A stretch of DNA of 64,000 bases from the human T2T-CHM13v2.0 reference genome, Homo sapiens: NCBI RefSeq assembly GCF_009914755.1, contig NC_060927.1; one strand, written 5' to 3'. The notes under the pieces are model-generated. The model was not told the DNA's origin, did no database searches, and was given only the letters and a program-made list of their open reading frames with translations. Numbering within the stretch: the stretch's first letter is position 1; the number at the start of each line of letters is the position of its first letter. Below are positions 41,380 to 58,729 of the stretch, one piece after another. The position numbers were made by a program, and so were the translations under genes.

Positions 41380-41530
41380 ACTTTGTTCCTTAAAGTATGG
41401 TTGACACAGCAATAGCAGCAGCACCCCAGAACTTCTTAGGACTAGAGAATCTTGGGTACTTTCTGGGTCTCCTGGATCAGAATATAAATTTCAACAACTT
41501 CCCCAGGCGGTGTACATTAAAGTGCCCTGG
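41380..41530. mobile_element. MER5A-like hAT MITE
   Basis: TTCCTTAAAGTATGG...AGCAGCAGCACC...ATCAGAA...TTTCAACAACTTCCCCAGG...ACATTAAAGT. Confidence 0.55.
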
Positions 41531-41867
41531 TTTATATAACAGTAGTAAGAAAGAGTAGGATTAATTATTTTCATGCAAACTTTTGATTCCAGGTCATTCA
41601 ATAGCCTAATGATATGTGCAAAGTATTTAGAAGAATTTTTACTGTTATAGAACTGAATAAGAAGTCTTAAGATACCATTGGAATTAATTGGTGAGGCAGC
41701 TTCTTTTTTTTTCTTTTTAATGACAAGACAGACTCCCTGTAAAGACCAAAAATTTAAAAAATGTAAAACATGTCTGCTTAGTGGGGAATCAACTCTAACA
41801 AGAAAGATACTCCATGTAAATAGCTTTTAAGGGCTTCCTGCAAAGTTATGAATTCTCTCTCTGGGTC

Positions 41868-42040
41868 TGTTTCTCTCTATAAACATATACATGCACACAT
41901 ATATACATATGTACACATACATGCATATATAGATATATATATATACACACTTATATGCCTCTATATGTATACACACACACTTTTATTTTGTGTAAGGATA
42001 TATGTCTATGTGAAGTTAATATATTTATATTATATAAACT
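41868..42040. repeat. Degenerate (TA/CA)n low-complexity repeat
   Basis: CATATACATGCACACATATATACATATGTACACATAC... Confidence 0.8.
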
Positions 42041-43230
42041 GTTATTATTACTAATCTCTATTAAATTATTATGCATCTAGATATGTCTCCTCTGACAAAT
42101 CTAGATACCTAAAGTCAAACTATATTATTTGAATGAATGATTCAATGGTCATATATCATTTTCTTTTCTCTATGTAGCTAAAAAGTAAAAGGGTTTTATA
42201 AATTTTATAAGTAAATGTTTTATAAGTAAAATGATATTTTAAAGGAGTATAATAGAAAAAATTATCTTTGGGGAAGAAAAGGGAAACATAATTGAAGGGG
42301 CATGGGGAGGTGTCTCCTCAGTCAAAAGACTGTAAGAAACTAAGATAGGCAGCTTTTGGCTGATGCGGAGCTGTGGGCGGTAGACAGTCCTTGCCTGATT
42401 AAAGCAGATAATTTAGTGGCTTGGGATTTTGAGCTTTGACATTTCAGTGCCAATCATAACCAGGGAGTAGTACCCCAACAGCTGGGATCCTTCTAATACC
42501 TTCAGGGAACAAACTTTCTTTTTTTTTCCTGCAAGAACTTAATCCCTACTCAACTACTTTCTGGGCCAAAAGTCTCTCTAAGGCTTTACAGAAAAACTCA
42601 TACTTAAGAAAAAATAAAAATAAAAAAGGCATTTAACCATCTTACTCATCTACTTCTTTCAATTCCCTGTGACCTTTAAAAAGTCGGTTGCACATTCAGT
42701 TATTTTATAAGTCACAGTAGGTTCAAATTAATCTCAGGGATAGGCTATTTTATAACTAGTTAAAGAAATAGCAGAGAATTTAAAAAACCCTTGTCACTAT
42801 CTCTGCCATAACAAAAATGTTATTTTTCGGAGCTTATTATATTTACTACATTTTATATTTTCACCTTATAATTTATAGACATAGTAAAAAACAAAAAAAT
42901 CTACTTTTCAAATGTGGAAATATAAGCTAAGTATAAATTAATAAAAATTAACATACAAAGGATATTTGCTGGCTGTAATTTCATTTAAACAAAATAGTAT
43001 CAAGCACCTTTTATATACCCAGTAAAGTGACTATTACGAACTTATTGCATCACAGATAATGAATAATCACCAGAAAGTAAAATGTGCTGCCAGTTTAAGT
43101 TCCTTCTCAATTACCACTTGAACATTTATCTTACAGTGTCTTAACACTCAAACATACTTACCTATACAACCACCTCCCAAAGATCTATCAGGTTTATTTT
43201 ATTTTATTTTATTTTAATAAATAATAGGAG

Positions 43231-43504
43231 GTCTGGGCATGGTGGCTTACACCGGTATTCCCAGCACTTTGGGAGGCTGAGGCGGTAGATAACTTGAGGT
43301 CAGAAGTTCAAAACTAGCCTGGCCAACATGATGAAACCCCTTCTCTACTAAAAATACAAAAAGTAGCCAGGCGTGGTGGCACATGCTTGTAATCTCAGCT
43401 ACTTGGGAGGTGGAGGCAGGAGGACCGCTAGAACCAAAGAGGGAGAGGTTGTGGTGAGCTGAGATTGCACCACTGCACTACAGCCTGGGCAACAGAGACT
43501 CCAC

Positions 43505-43545
<41 letters not shown>
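43231..43545 (+). mobile_element. AluS (Sz-like) with A39 tail
   Basis: Diverged dimer; pure A run at 43507-43545. Confidence 0.93.
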
Positions 43546-43548
<3 letters not shown>

Positions 43549-43902
43549 CAAATATTCAATCAAGTCATATAAAATTAATCTTTTTTCCCACAAAATATTT
43601 TCAACTTTATTTATTGTCTGTGTCTGAAGAAGAATTGAGCTTGACATAAGGTACTGACACAACCCAAATCTAACAGTCAGATAAGCACATTTCTTTTATA
43701 TACTTTAAGTTCTAGGGTATATGTGCACAACGTGCAGGTTTGTTACATATGTATACATGTGCCATGTTGGTGTGCTGCACCCATTAACTCGTCATTTACA
43801 TTAGGTATATCTCCTAATGCTATCCCTCCCACCTCCCCTGACCCCACAACAGGCCCCCTGGTGTGTCACGTTCCCCTTCCTGTGTCCAAGTGTTCTCATT
43901 GT

Positions 43903-47734
<3,832 letters not shown>

Positions 47735-47797
47735 TATGAGGTTAGCTGGTTATTTTGCTCGTTAGTTGATGCAGTCTCTTCCTAGCCTCAATGGTCT

Positions 47798-48812
47798 TTA
47801 CAATTTGGCATGTTTTTGCAGTGGCTGGTACCGGTTGTTCCTTTCCATGTTTAGTGCTTTCTTCAGGAGCTCTTTTAGGGCAGGCCTGGTGGTGACAAAA
47901 TCTCTCAGCATTTGCTTGTCTGTAAAGTATTTTATTTCTCCTTCACTTATGAAGCTTAGTTTGGCTGGATATGAAATTGTGGGTTGAAATTCTTTTCTTT
48001 AAGAATGTTGAATATTGGCCCCCACTCTCTTCTGGCTTGTAGAGTTTTTGCCGACAGATCAGCTCTTAGTCTGATGGGCTTCCCTTTGTGGGTAACCCGA
48101 CTTTTCTCTCTGGCTGCCCTTAACATTTTTTCCTCCATTTCAACTTTGGTGAATCTGACAATTATGTGTCTTGGAGTTGCTCTTCTCAAGGAGTATCTTT
48201 GTGATGTTCTCTGTAATTCCTGAATTGAATGTTGGCCTGCCTTGCTAGGTTTGGGAAGTTCTCCTGGATAGTTTCCTGCACAGTGTTTTCCAACTTGATT
48301 CCATTCTCCCCGTCACTTTCAGGTACACCAATCAGATGTAGATTTGGTCTTTTCACATAGTCCCATATTTCTTGGAGGCTTTGATCATTTCTTTTTACTC
48401 TTTTTTCTCTACACCTCTGTTCTCGCTTCATTTCATTCATTTGATCTTCAATCACTGATACCCTTTCTTCCAGTTGATCAAATGGGCTACTGAAGCTTGT
48501 GCATTTGTCGCATAGTTCTCGTGTCATGGTTTTCAGCTCCACCAGATCATTTAAGGACTTCTCTACACAGGTTATTCTAGTTAGCCATTCATCTAATCTT
48601 TTTTCAGGGTTTTTATCTTCTTTGCGATGAGTTCGAACTTCCTCCTTTAGCTCAGAGAAGTTTGATCATCTGAAGCCTTCTTCTCTCAACTCGTCAAAGT
48701 CATTCTCCATCCAGCTATGTTCCATTGCTGGCAAGGAGTTGCATTCCTTTGGAGGGGGAGAGGCATTCTGATTTTTAGAATTATCAGCTTTTCTGTTCTG
48801 TTTTTTCCCCAT
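47798..48812 (-). pseudogene. Disrupted L1 ORF1p
   Basis: ATG at 48812 (ATGGGGAAAAAA); pieces LQEIWDYVKRPNL...ENFPNLARQAN and RRATPRHIIVRFTKVE lie in different frames; TAA at 47798-47800. Confidence 0.92.
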
Positions 48813-49821
48813 CTTTGTGGTTTTATCTACCATTGGTCTTTGATGATGGTGATGTACAGATGGGATTTTGGTGTGGATGTCCTTTCTGTTTTTTAGTTTT
48901 CCTTCTAACAGTCAGTACCCTCGGCTGCAGGTCTGTTGAGTTTTTTGAAGGTCCCCTCCAGACCCTGTTTGCCTAGGTATCAGCAGTGGAGGCTGCAGAA
49001 CAGCGGATATTGGTGAGCAGCAAATGTTGCTGCCTGATCGTTTCTCTGGAAGCTTCGTCTCAGAGGGGTACCCGGCCGTGTGGGGTGTCAGTCTGCTCCT
49101 ACTGGGGGATGCCTCCCAGTTAGGCTACTCTGGGGTCAGGGACCCACTTGAGGAGGCAGTCTGTCCATTCTCAGATCTCAAACTCCATGCAGGGAGAACC
49201 ACTACTCTCTTCAAAGCTGTCAGACAGGGACATTTAAGTCTGCAGGGGTTTCTGCTGCCTTTTGTTCGGCTATGCCCTGCTCCCAGAGGTGGAGTCTACA
49301 CAGGCAGGCCTCCTTGAGCTGCGGTGGGCTCCACCAAGTTCGAGCTTCCTGGCTGCTTTGTTTACCCTCTCAAGCCTCAGCAATGTCAGGAACCCCTCCC
49401 CCAGCCTCGCTGCCACCTTGCAGTTCCATCTCAGACTGCTGTGCTAGCAATGAGTGAGGCTCTGTGGGTGTGGGAACCTCTGAGCAAGGCGCGGGATATC
49501 ATCGCCTGGTGTGCCATTTGCTAAGACCATTGGAAAAGCATAGTATTAGGGTGGGAGTCACCTGATTTTGCAGGTGCCGTCTGTCACAGCTTCTCTTGGC
49601 TAGGAAAGGGAATTCCCTTACCCCTTGCATTTCCCAGGTGAGGCGATGCCCCGCCCTACCTCGGCTCATGCTCCGTGGGCTGCGCCCACTGTCCTGCACT
49701 GACTGTCTGACAAGCCCCAGTGAGATGGTTCTGGTACCTCAGTTGGAAATGCAGAAATCACCTGTCTTCTGCGTCACTCATGCTGGGAGCTGTAGACTGG
49801 AGCTGTTCCTATTCAGCCATC
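48813..49821 (-). promoter_or_regulatory. L1 5'UTR internal promoter region (sense and antisense promoters), CpG-depleted
   Basis: GC-rich L1PA 5'UTR; promoter function is established for the family but not shown for this copy. Confidence 0.6.
49383..49457 (+). pseudogene. Truncated L1 ORF0 (24 codons)
   Basis: MSGTPPPASLPPCSSISDCCASNE* matches the ORF0 N-terminus MAGAPPPASLPPCSLISDCCASNQR; CGA>TGA stop. Confidence 0.8.
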
Positions 49822-50649
49822 AGATAAATACATTTTTAGATTAAATGAAATATAATGCCATGCCATGCATAGGTTTACTTAGATAAATGATCCAGTGACT
49901 CTTTATCTGTTCACAGTTGTTTCAAAACGTTTTTTAGAACCATTTTGTTTTGTCAATTAAAAAAAAAAGATTAAAGTAATTAATGATATTCTTCAAACAG
50001 CTGCTCAGTCCACACTGATGGAACAAAACTCCAAACTACACACCTTCATCTTTAATATAGCCTTTGATAAACCACGCTTTTTTTTTTTTGAAAATACATG
50101 ATGCTTCCTGATTCACATTTTGAATTCCTAAGTAGGCTGGGAGAGGGGGAAGGAAAGAGCTCCCACTTCATATAGTCAGAGTGCACTAGGTGGTAAATTA
50201 GTAGATGTCTCACCTCCTAATCTTAATGAGGTGGACAAACATACCTAGAATATCCTTGACAAAAATAAATGGATCCCTATACCAATACAAATAGAAAAAA
50301 ATAACTGGAAATAAAGGAAACATTCCTTACTACGGCTCATTTCTTTTGGGAATTTTTAATAACTGTTCAGTTAGCTATAGGCAACTAAAAGTGGCCAGTG
50401 ATATACAGGAGAAATTTTCAAGTAATGTATGCTATAATGTGTGCTATAATGCTGTTTATTAAAAGTTTCTTATCTCATTATATTAATTTAAAAGACTTTA
50501 AACATGCTCTCAAGAAGTTGTACAAATATAATACCCACAAAAGAGCAAACAAAAACTCCAAAGAAATGGAAATTTATCAATTTTTTAAAATGCTGAATTT
50601 GAGTTGGTCAAAGGTAGCAATTGATGAGTACAGTGGTTTCTGTGTACAA

Positions 50650-51082
50650 TAATAAATAGAGAGAGAAAGATATTTATTGTAAGGTGTTGGCTCACACAGT
50701 TACAAAGGCTGAGAAGTCCCATAATCTGCCATCTATACCAGAAAAGCCTATGGTATATTTAAAAGACTTGAGAGCCAGCAAGCTGATGGTGTAGATTTCA
50801 GTCTGATTCTGAAACCTAGAATCAGGAGCACTTAGGACAGGATATTGATCCCAGCTCAAGCAGTTAGGCAGAGAAAATTCAACCTTTTTGATTTACTTGG
50901 ATCCTCATATAGATTGGGTTGTGCCCATTTATACTGGGGAGGACCACCTGCCTCACTCAGTACCAATTCAAATGCTAGTTTCCTCTGAAAATAGCCTCAC
51001 AGACAACCAAGAAATAATGTCCAACCAGATATCTGGGAATCCCATGGCCCAGTCAAGTTGACACATAAAATCAGTCATCACA
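50650..51082 (-). mobile_element. MLT2B-like ERVL LTR
   Basis: GGCTGAGAAGTCCCATAATCTGCC...GGCCCAGTCAAGTTGACACATAAAATCAGTCATCACA. Confidence 0.82.
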
Positions 51083-51089
51083 ATTTTAA

Positions 51090-51465
<376 letters not shown>

Positions 51466-51948
51466 TTATTTATTAATTCTAATAACTTTTAGTGAATTTC
51501 CTTGGTTTCTCTATATAAAATACCACATTATCTGCAAATAGTGATAGTTCTACTTCTTCCTTTCTAATCCAAATGCATTTTTTCATTACCTAATTGCCCT
51601 TCCCCTGGTTAGAACCTCCAGTACTGTTAAATGTTAACTAGTGAGAACAAAAATCCTTATCCTGCTCCCACTCTTATAAAAAAAAAAAAGACATCCAGCC
51701 TTCATCATTAAGTATGATGTTAGCTACAGATTTTTTGTATCTGCCTTTTTCCATGTTGAGAAAAGTCTCTTCTATGCTAAGTTTTTTCATGAAAGAGTAT
51801 TTGATTTTATCAAGTACTTTTTCTACATTTGTTGAGAAAATCTTGTGGGTATTTTTTTTGTTTTTTAATCTGTTGATATGATATGTTACATTACTCGATT
51901 GCTAGATAAGCCAACCTTGCATTTCTCAGATAAATCCAACTTAGTCAT

Positions 51949-52675
51949 TGTGAAAGGAAAACAAATCTCAAGACCCTAAAATCACTAAGCCAAAGGGACC
52001 TGCATCAGGCAAATCTGCCTCCCATTTTATTTCTAAATGAGACAGCTATAAAAATTAAAAAGCTACCATACCTCCTTCACAATTTGTGAAGAAGGAAATT
52101 CTTTGGGGGCCTCAAAAATCTTTGCCCTAAAACAGATCTGTTGAATTTCACCTTGGCAATGTAATTTGATAGCTTATCTTCACAGGTGCAGGACAAAGGA
52201 CAGAACTCAAAGTCATCCCTCTGCTCACCCAGACAAATAATATATGCCTGTTTGCTTCCTCTGTCCTCTTGTTTATTTAAGAATGCAGATTCACTAAGCC
52301 AGACTAAGGCATAAGTGACTATTCCTCTATCTTCCTCATATGTAAATTGTGTTTTCAGTGAAAGGGTAATCAGAAACTCAAAAGAATGCAACAATTTGTC
52401 TCTTATCTACCTATGAACTGGAAGTCCTACCCCTACCACTCTCCCCAACTTTGAGTCATGTTGTCTCGCCTTTCTGGACAGAACCAATGTACCTCTTACA
52501 CATATTGATTAATGTCTCTTGTTTCCCTAAAATGTATAAAACCAAGCTGTGAGCCAACTACCGTTGGCACGTGTCCTTAGGACCTCCTGAGGCTGTGTCA
52601 CAGGTTTGTCCTTAATCTTGGCAAAATAAACTTTCTAAATTGATTGAAATCTGTCTCAGATACTTTTGGATCACA
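51949..52675 (+). mobile_element. MER4A-like ERV1 solo LTR
   Basis: TGTGAAAGGAAAACAAATCTC...CACTAAGCCAAAGGG start; AATAAACTTTCTAAATTGATTGA...TCACA end; 4-bp TSD TCAT at 51945-51948 and 52676-52679. Confidence 0.9.
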
Positions 52676-52824
52676 TCATGAAGTATAATTATTTCTGTTT
52701 GTTGCTGGATTTGATTTGCTATTATTTTGTTGAGGACTTTTGTATCCATATTTATAAGAAATATTGGTCTGAATGTTTTTTCTCTTGCAAAGTCTTTTTA
52801 TGATTTTGGTATGTCTAGCCTCAA

Positions 52825-53218
52825 AAAAATGTGGCACATATACACAGTGGAATACTATGCAGCCATAAAAAATGAAGAGTTCATGTCCTTTGTACGGACA
52901 TGGATGAAACTGGAAACCATCATTCTCAGCAAACTATCACAAGGACAAAAAACCAAACACCACATGTTCTCACTCATAGGTGGGAATTGAACAATGAGAA
53001 CACATGGACACAGGAAGGGGAACATCACACTCTGGGGACTGTTTTGGGTTGGGGGGAGGGGGGAGGGATAGCATTAGGAGACATACCTAATGCTAAATGA
53101 CGAGTTAATGGGTGCAGCACACCAACATGGCACATGTATACATATGTAACAAACCTGCACATTGTACACATGTACCCTAAAACTTAAAGTATAATAATAA
53201 TAAAATAAAATAAAAAAA
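52825..53218 (+). mobile_element. 5'-truncated L1PA3-like 3' fragment
   Basis: CACACTCTGGGGACTG, AATGCTAAATGACGAG and CCCTAAAACTTAAAG diagnostics; (TAAAA)n tail. Confidence 0.93.
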
Positions 53219-54006
53219 GATTACAACTTTTTCCTCTCGTTCTATTATTTGAAAGATTTTTTGAAGAATTGGTGAATTCAGTCTGCTTAACATAGTTGGA
53301 ATAATTTCACACTGAAGGATCTAGGCCTGGTCTTTTCTTTGTGGGTAATCCTTTTATTACTGATTCAAACACTTAATTTTTATAGTTTTATTCATATTGT
53401 ATTTTCTCAAGTCAGTTTTAGAGTTTGCATGTTCCCAGGAATGTGTGCAATCCATCTAAATTATCTAATTTTTCAACATATGCAATATTCATAATATTCG
53501 GATAAGGTCTGTAATAATGTCTCCCCCGCTTTTATTTCTCATGCCAGTACTTTAAGTGCTTTCTCTCATTTTGTTTGTTTGTTTGTTTTAGTCAATCCTG
53601 CGAGAAGTTTGTTATTTTAATTGACCATTTAAAAGAAACAACTTTGGTTTCATTGATTTTTTTGTTTGTTTTTCTATTATCTATTTCATTAACTTCTGCT
53701 CTAATATTTATTGTTTTCTTTGCTTTCAATTTAGTTTTCTCTTCTTTTTCTTGTGTATTAAGATAGAAGTTTAGATTATTGATTTGAGATCTTTCTTTTT
53801 TCTGCATATAGTTAGTTGTAACTATCAATTTCCCTCTAAGTATTGCTGTAATTGCATTTGATACATTTTGATATGATGTGTCTTCAGTTTTATTTATATC
53901 AAAGTATTGTCTAATTTCTCTTTGATTTGGGAAATTTTCAGCCATTACTTTTTCAAATTTTTTTCTCTTCATTTTCTTCTCTTTCTGGTAGTGCTATTAT
54001 GTGTGT

Positions 54007-54374
54007 TGTATTAGTCCATTTTCATGCTGCTCATAAAGACATACTCAAGATTAGATAATTTACAAAAGAAAAAGGTTTAACTGTACTCACAGTTCTACAT
54101 GGCTGGGGAGGCCTCAAAATCACGGCAGAAGGCAAGGAGAAGCAAGTCACATTTTATGTGGATGGTGGCAGGCAAAGAGAATTTTTGCAGGGGAGCTCTT
54201 CTTTTTAAAACCACCAGATCTTGAGAGACTCATTCACTATCATGAGAATAGCGTGGGAAAGGCCCACCCCCATAATTCAATTACCTCCCACCGAGTTCCT
54301 CCCATGACACATGGGAATTGTGGGAGTTATAATTCAAGATGAGATATGGGTGAGGACACAGCCAAACCCTATTA
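54007..54374 (-). mobile_element. THE1B-like MaLR solo LTR
   Basis: TGTATTAGTCCATTTTCATGCTGCT...GGACACAGCCAAACC; flanks TGTGT / TGCAT fit a TGCGT TSD after CpG decay. Confidence 0.92.
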
Positions 54375-55659
54375 TGCATATTGGAGTATTTAAAGGATTC
54401 TCTGAGGCTCTGTTCATTTTCCTCCATTCTTTTTTCTCTCCATTCTTTGGATTACATAATTTCTACTGATTTATCTTCAATTTTGCTAATTCTTTCTTCA
54501 CCGATTCCAATCATTTCTTCATCAACCCTAGTAAATATTTTATTTTAGTTATACTTTCAACTCCAGTTTTTTTTCCAATAATTTTTCTCTATATTTTCTG
54601 AGGCAACGTAGTGATTACATCTTCCTTTGCTTCTTTAATCATTATTTCTTTTAGTTTTAGTTATTTGAAAATATTTATAATATCTAGATGTCTCTTCCTG
54701 TTAAATCCCACATCTGGTTGCTCTCATCAACAGCTTCTATTTCCTGCTTTTTCTAAGTGTATGATTATATTTTCTGGTTTTATTGCATGTCTCATAATTT
54801 TGTGTTGGAAAGTAGGCTTTTTAGATATTATATTGCACCAACACTTGGAATCCCCTCACCCCACTGAGAGGGTTGGCTTGTTATTGCTGCATGTTTGTCT
54901 ATTTGTTTAGTGACTGGCTGAACTGGTCTATTATCTCTTCCCCTTTACCTCCCACCCCCACCCACCCCACTGCCTACCATGGCTATGTTTAACCTGGGAT
55001 GATGCTCCTCAGGAAACTGCAGCTTAGTCACCTTGAAATGACCATTTTTTTGGCAGGGCTTTTTTTGCTGCTTTCCCTGACCACAACCAGCTGTGAAGCT
55101 CCAATAATTGCTGAGTGACTGTTCTATTGTTTTCAACAATTTTCTAAAGCCTAAATTGCTCTAGATATTAATTCAATCAAATTTACACTCCTTTGAAGGA
55201 ACAACTCTTTAGGTCCACATTTGATATTCATGCTTTCCCCAGAAGGAATTCTCCCAGTAGGTTTTTCCCACTCTCTCTTGCAAACTGGTTGGGACAAATT
55301 TAGACCATACCTTCACCAAATCTGCTAATCACTTTTCAGTTGTACTCAACCTCAATGTCCACTGTTATTAAGCGTACCTATTGGCTTGGCCTTTACATCT
55401 TGCTGCAAATGAAGTCAGGACTTTGGGAAGAAATTAGGAGTTATCAGCTTTAGGTCCTGCTTCTTCCCCCAGGCAAAACCTTTGAGTCAGGGCTCTAGAT
55501 CTGAGGGTGGGGACAATGTCACTCTTCAGTCTAAGTGATACCCATGCTTCAGGAACTGAGCACTCACTAGAGGCAGGCAGAAGCCTGAGGTCTTCTCTTT
55601 TTGCTTCTCCTGGCATAGAATCACCACTTTACAAGCAACGAAAAGCATGATCAGCGCCC

Positions 55660-56480
55660 TGTTGCAGCCGGATGGGTTCTTCTTGCCCACTGCACAGAAT
55701 TACCCAATACGCAGAGACAGCAGGTGTTTGCAGTAAAGAAAGAGTTTAATAATTACAGATTCAGCTAAATGAGAACATGGGAGATAGTTCTCAATTCTGC
55801 CTTCCTAAGAATTCAGAAGTTAAAGGTTTTTTTTAGGGATATTTTGACAAGCTAGGGAATGGGGAATGCTGACTGGTTGGGTCATAGGCAAAATCATAGG
55901 AGTGTCAAACCTGTCTTTGTGCGCTGAATCAGTTTCTGGGTGGGGTTCACAGGACCAGTTGAGTGAGTTCCTTGGTATGGGACACAAGTCTGGTTGGTGT
56001 CAGTTGGTTCATCAGAATGCAAGGTCTGAAAAATAACTTGAACATCAGTCTTAGGTGTTGCAATAGTGACCCTATCCATAGGAGTAATTTGGAGAAGTTT
56101 TCAATCTTGTAACCCCTAGTTAGGTGACTTTCTGAGCTGTAAGCAATTATGGAAAAGCAAACAAACAATGGCTGGTTATCACTGAACTTCTGCCTAAGTC
56201 TTAACAAAATTCAGGCCTTTACCACAATTCTAGCTTTGTAGGCTTTCATTAATGCTATATAGACAGTTTCAGTCCTAAAGCAAGGAAGGGACTAGTACTG
56301 AGAATAAACAATCTCATTATTATATTTGTTTTAAAATTAAGCTAGAAACCAAATTCCTCCCATAGTTAGCTTGGTCTACATACAGCAGTGAGCAACGTGG
56401 TCAACTTGTGAGTTTTGAAGAACAGTAAAGTGTTATGTTAAATTTCTCTCACTGTTATAATTTTGTCAAAAGCAGTTTCT
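55660..56480 (-). mobile_element. LTR8A/LTR8B-like ERV1 solo LTR
   Basis: GGGTTCTTCTTGCCCACTGCACAG...TCTCACTGTTATAATTTTGTCAAAAGCAGTTTC; 4-bp TSD GCCC at 55656-55659 and 56481-56484. Confidence 0.8.
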
Positions 56481-56634
56481 GCCCCCATATTCTTAGTGAT
56501 AATGTGCCAAAGACAGAGTGAGAGTTAGTTATAGCAAAGGAGTCCCCACTTTTCAAGTGCACTTTCCCAAAACTCAGACTGAGCAGGCAGCTGGGGAAGG
56601 ATGAGAAATTCTGACATCCTGCTCTTCCCAGGGA

Positions 56635-56637
<3 letters not shown>

Positions 56638-56673
<36 letters not shown>
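56638..56673. repeat. (CAA)12 microsatellite
   Basis: Perfect trinucleotide run. Confidence 0.95.
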
Positions 56674-57882
56674 AACCCTGTGATGGGGAGCAGGGTAGAA
56701 AGAAAGCACTGTGATCTCCAATGTAGTGGTTTGGGGTGGCATTATCAGCTGCAGGTGGGGATTGGGAAGAAGTAATTTTGTTTTAAATACCATTGACTCT
56801 GACTTTTCTTACCAAATTTTTGTTAATTTTCTTGACTGGATGTTTCTTCATTTATTGTATGCTCTTAAGATCATGTCCATGGCTTTAAATTGTTGTATCT
56901 TTTTAAAAAATATTTTTTATCAGTTTCACTAGGGAGAAGGTCCACAGAACGCCTCACATCAACATGCCAGAAGTTGGTCTGTATCTACTGTTTCTTAATA
57001 TTATACACTTCCAGTCTTCAGCAAGCAGGTTAGTGTAGACATTATTTATTGTATCTAAAAGTCTAATCCTTTTCTCATTACCTTACCTTTGCTTATCCTG
57101 TCCTTTTACCCAATGTTTATATTTAGTCTTTTATAATTTTAGCGTCTACCTAGATCTTATCCATCTTTAAAATTGGGCCTCTTCCTCCAGCAAAGCTTCT
57201 ATTGACAGCTCTAATGCGTGCTGGTTTTGATATTACTTTGTATATAATAATATAATTTTATTATTTAAAGCCCTATATAATTCACTAATTGTTGATATAT
57301 GTACTTGTTACCTGAATTAAATTATAAGCCCTTTCCAGGTGAGAACATGATTTAAACTTCTCTTGAATTATACTATATGAAAGTATGTGGAAGTGAATGA
57401 CTTTGTCAGACATCATTGAACTATGTGAATCAAGTCACCATAGCACTTCAGTTTTAGAATGTTAAACACGTGATTAATAACATGGATATTAATATCTACC
57501 TCTTTATATATGTGCTTTTATATACATATATGTCCAGATCCAGGAGAAACAAGGAAATATGGTGTTTTCTGGAAAATAGAGTATGTCAAGAAGAGATTTG
57601 TTGAAAATAAATCAAACGGAGTGATTTAGGTATTTGAATTTTATGGCATGTTTAGGAATTGTATTAAACTTCTGTGGAAAAAAACAAGAAACATATCGAT
57701 GCAGATAAACAGATATAAAGGTCTAGAAAAAAAATTTATTAAACTTGATTAAGTCATCTTAACAAATGAGGATCAGAGAGATACTTTTTCTCTAATTAGT
57801 TTAGTTTAGATATAATAGAAGGATGGAAATTACCTGGGTTTAAATGCATGTTTCTTTAAAAGATATTCTGTACAAATTATAA

Positions 57883-58217
<335 letters not shown>

Positions 58218-58377
58218 AAATTTGGGTGTGTATGTGTGAGTGTGTGTCTGTGTGTGCATGTAGATTTATTTTACTTAACAATTCATCATTTTGCTGTTTC
58301 TTATAGTCATGGAGGAGAGATTTTCTTTCTAACATAATATAGGACCAGAAGCCATGAAAGTAAGTGTTAAATAAAGT

Positions 58378-58530
58378 TTATATTTTTTAAATTATATATA
58401 TATAATTTATATATAATATATAACAATATTATAAATAAATATGATTTATAAACGTTAATGTTTTATATAAAATATATATTATCTATGGAATTTTATTTAT
58501 ATTATACATTTATTATATATAATATATGTA
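58378..58530. repeat. AT-rich (TA)n low-complexity tract
   Basis: Almost pure A/T. Confidence 0.8.
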
Positions 58531-58729
58531 ATGTTCTAAAAATTTATAGCATAAAAATGACTATAGAAGTCAAACATACGTGAAGATTTGCATAAAAAAG
58601 TGTTACAAATATGACAATGGAATGGTTTCCTTAATATACAAAGATTGTTTTTAATAAATACATAAGCAAGAAAATTAACCAATAGAGAAATGTCAAGACC
58701 ATAATGGTAAATTTCATTAGGTTTTCACA

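Noticed and set aside
40620-41610. Possible Gypsy-type (MamGyp/LTR85-like) LTR around the MER5A
   Set aside because: Resemblance too weak to call without an HMM search
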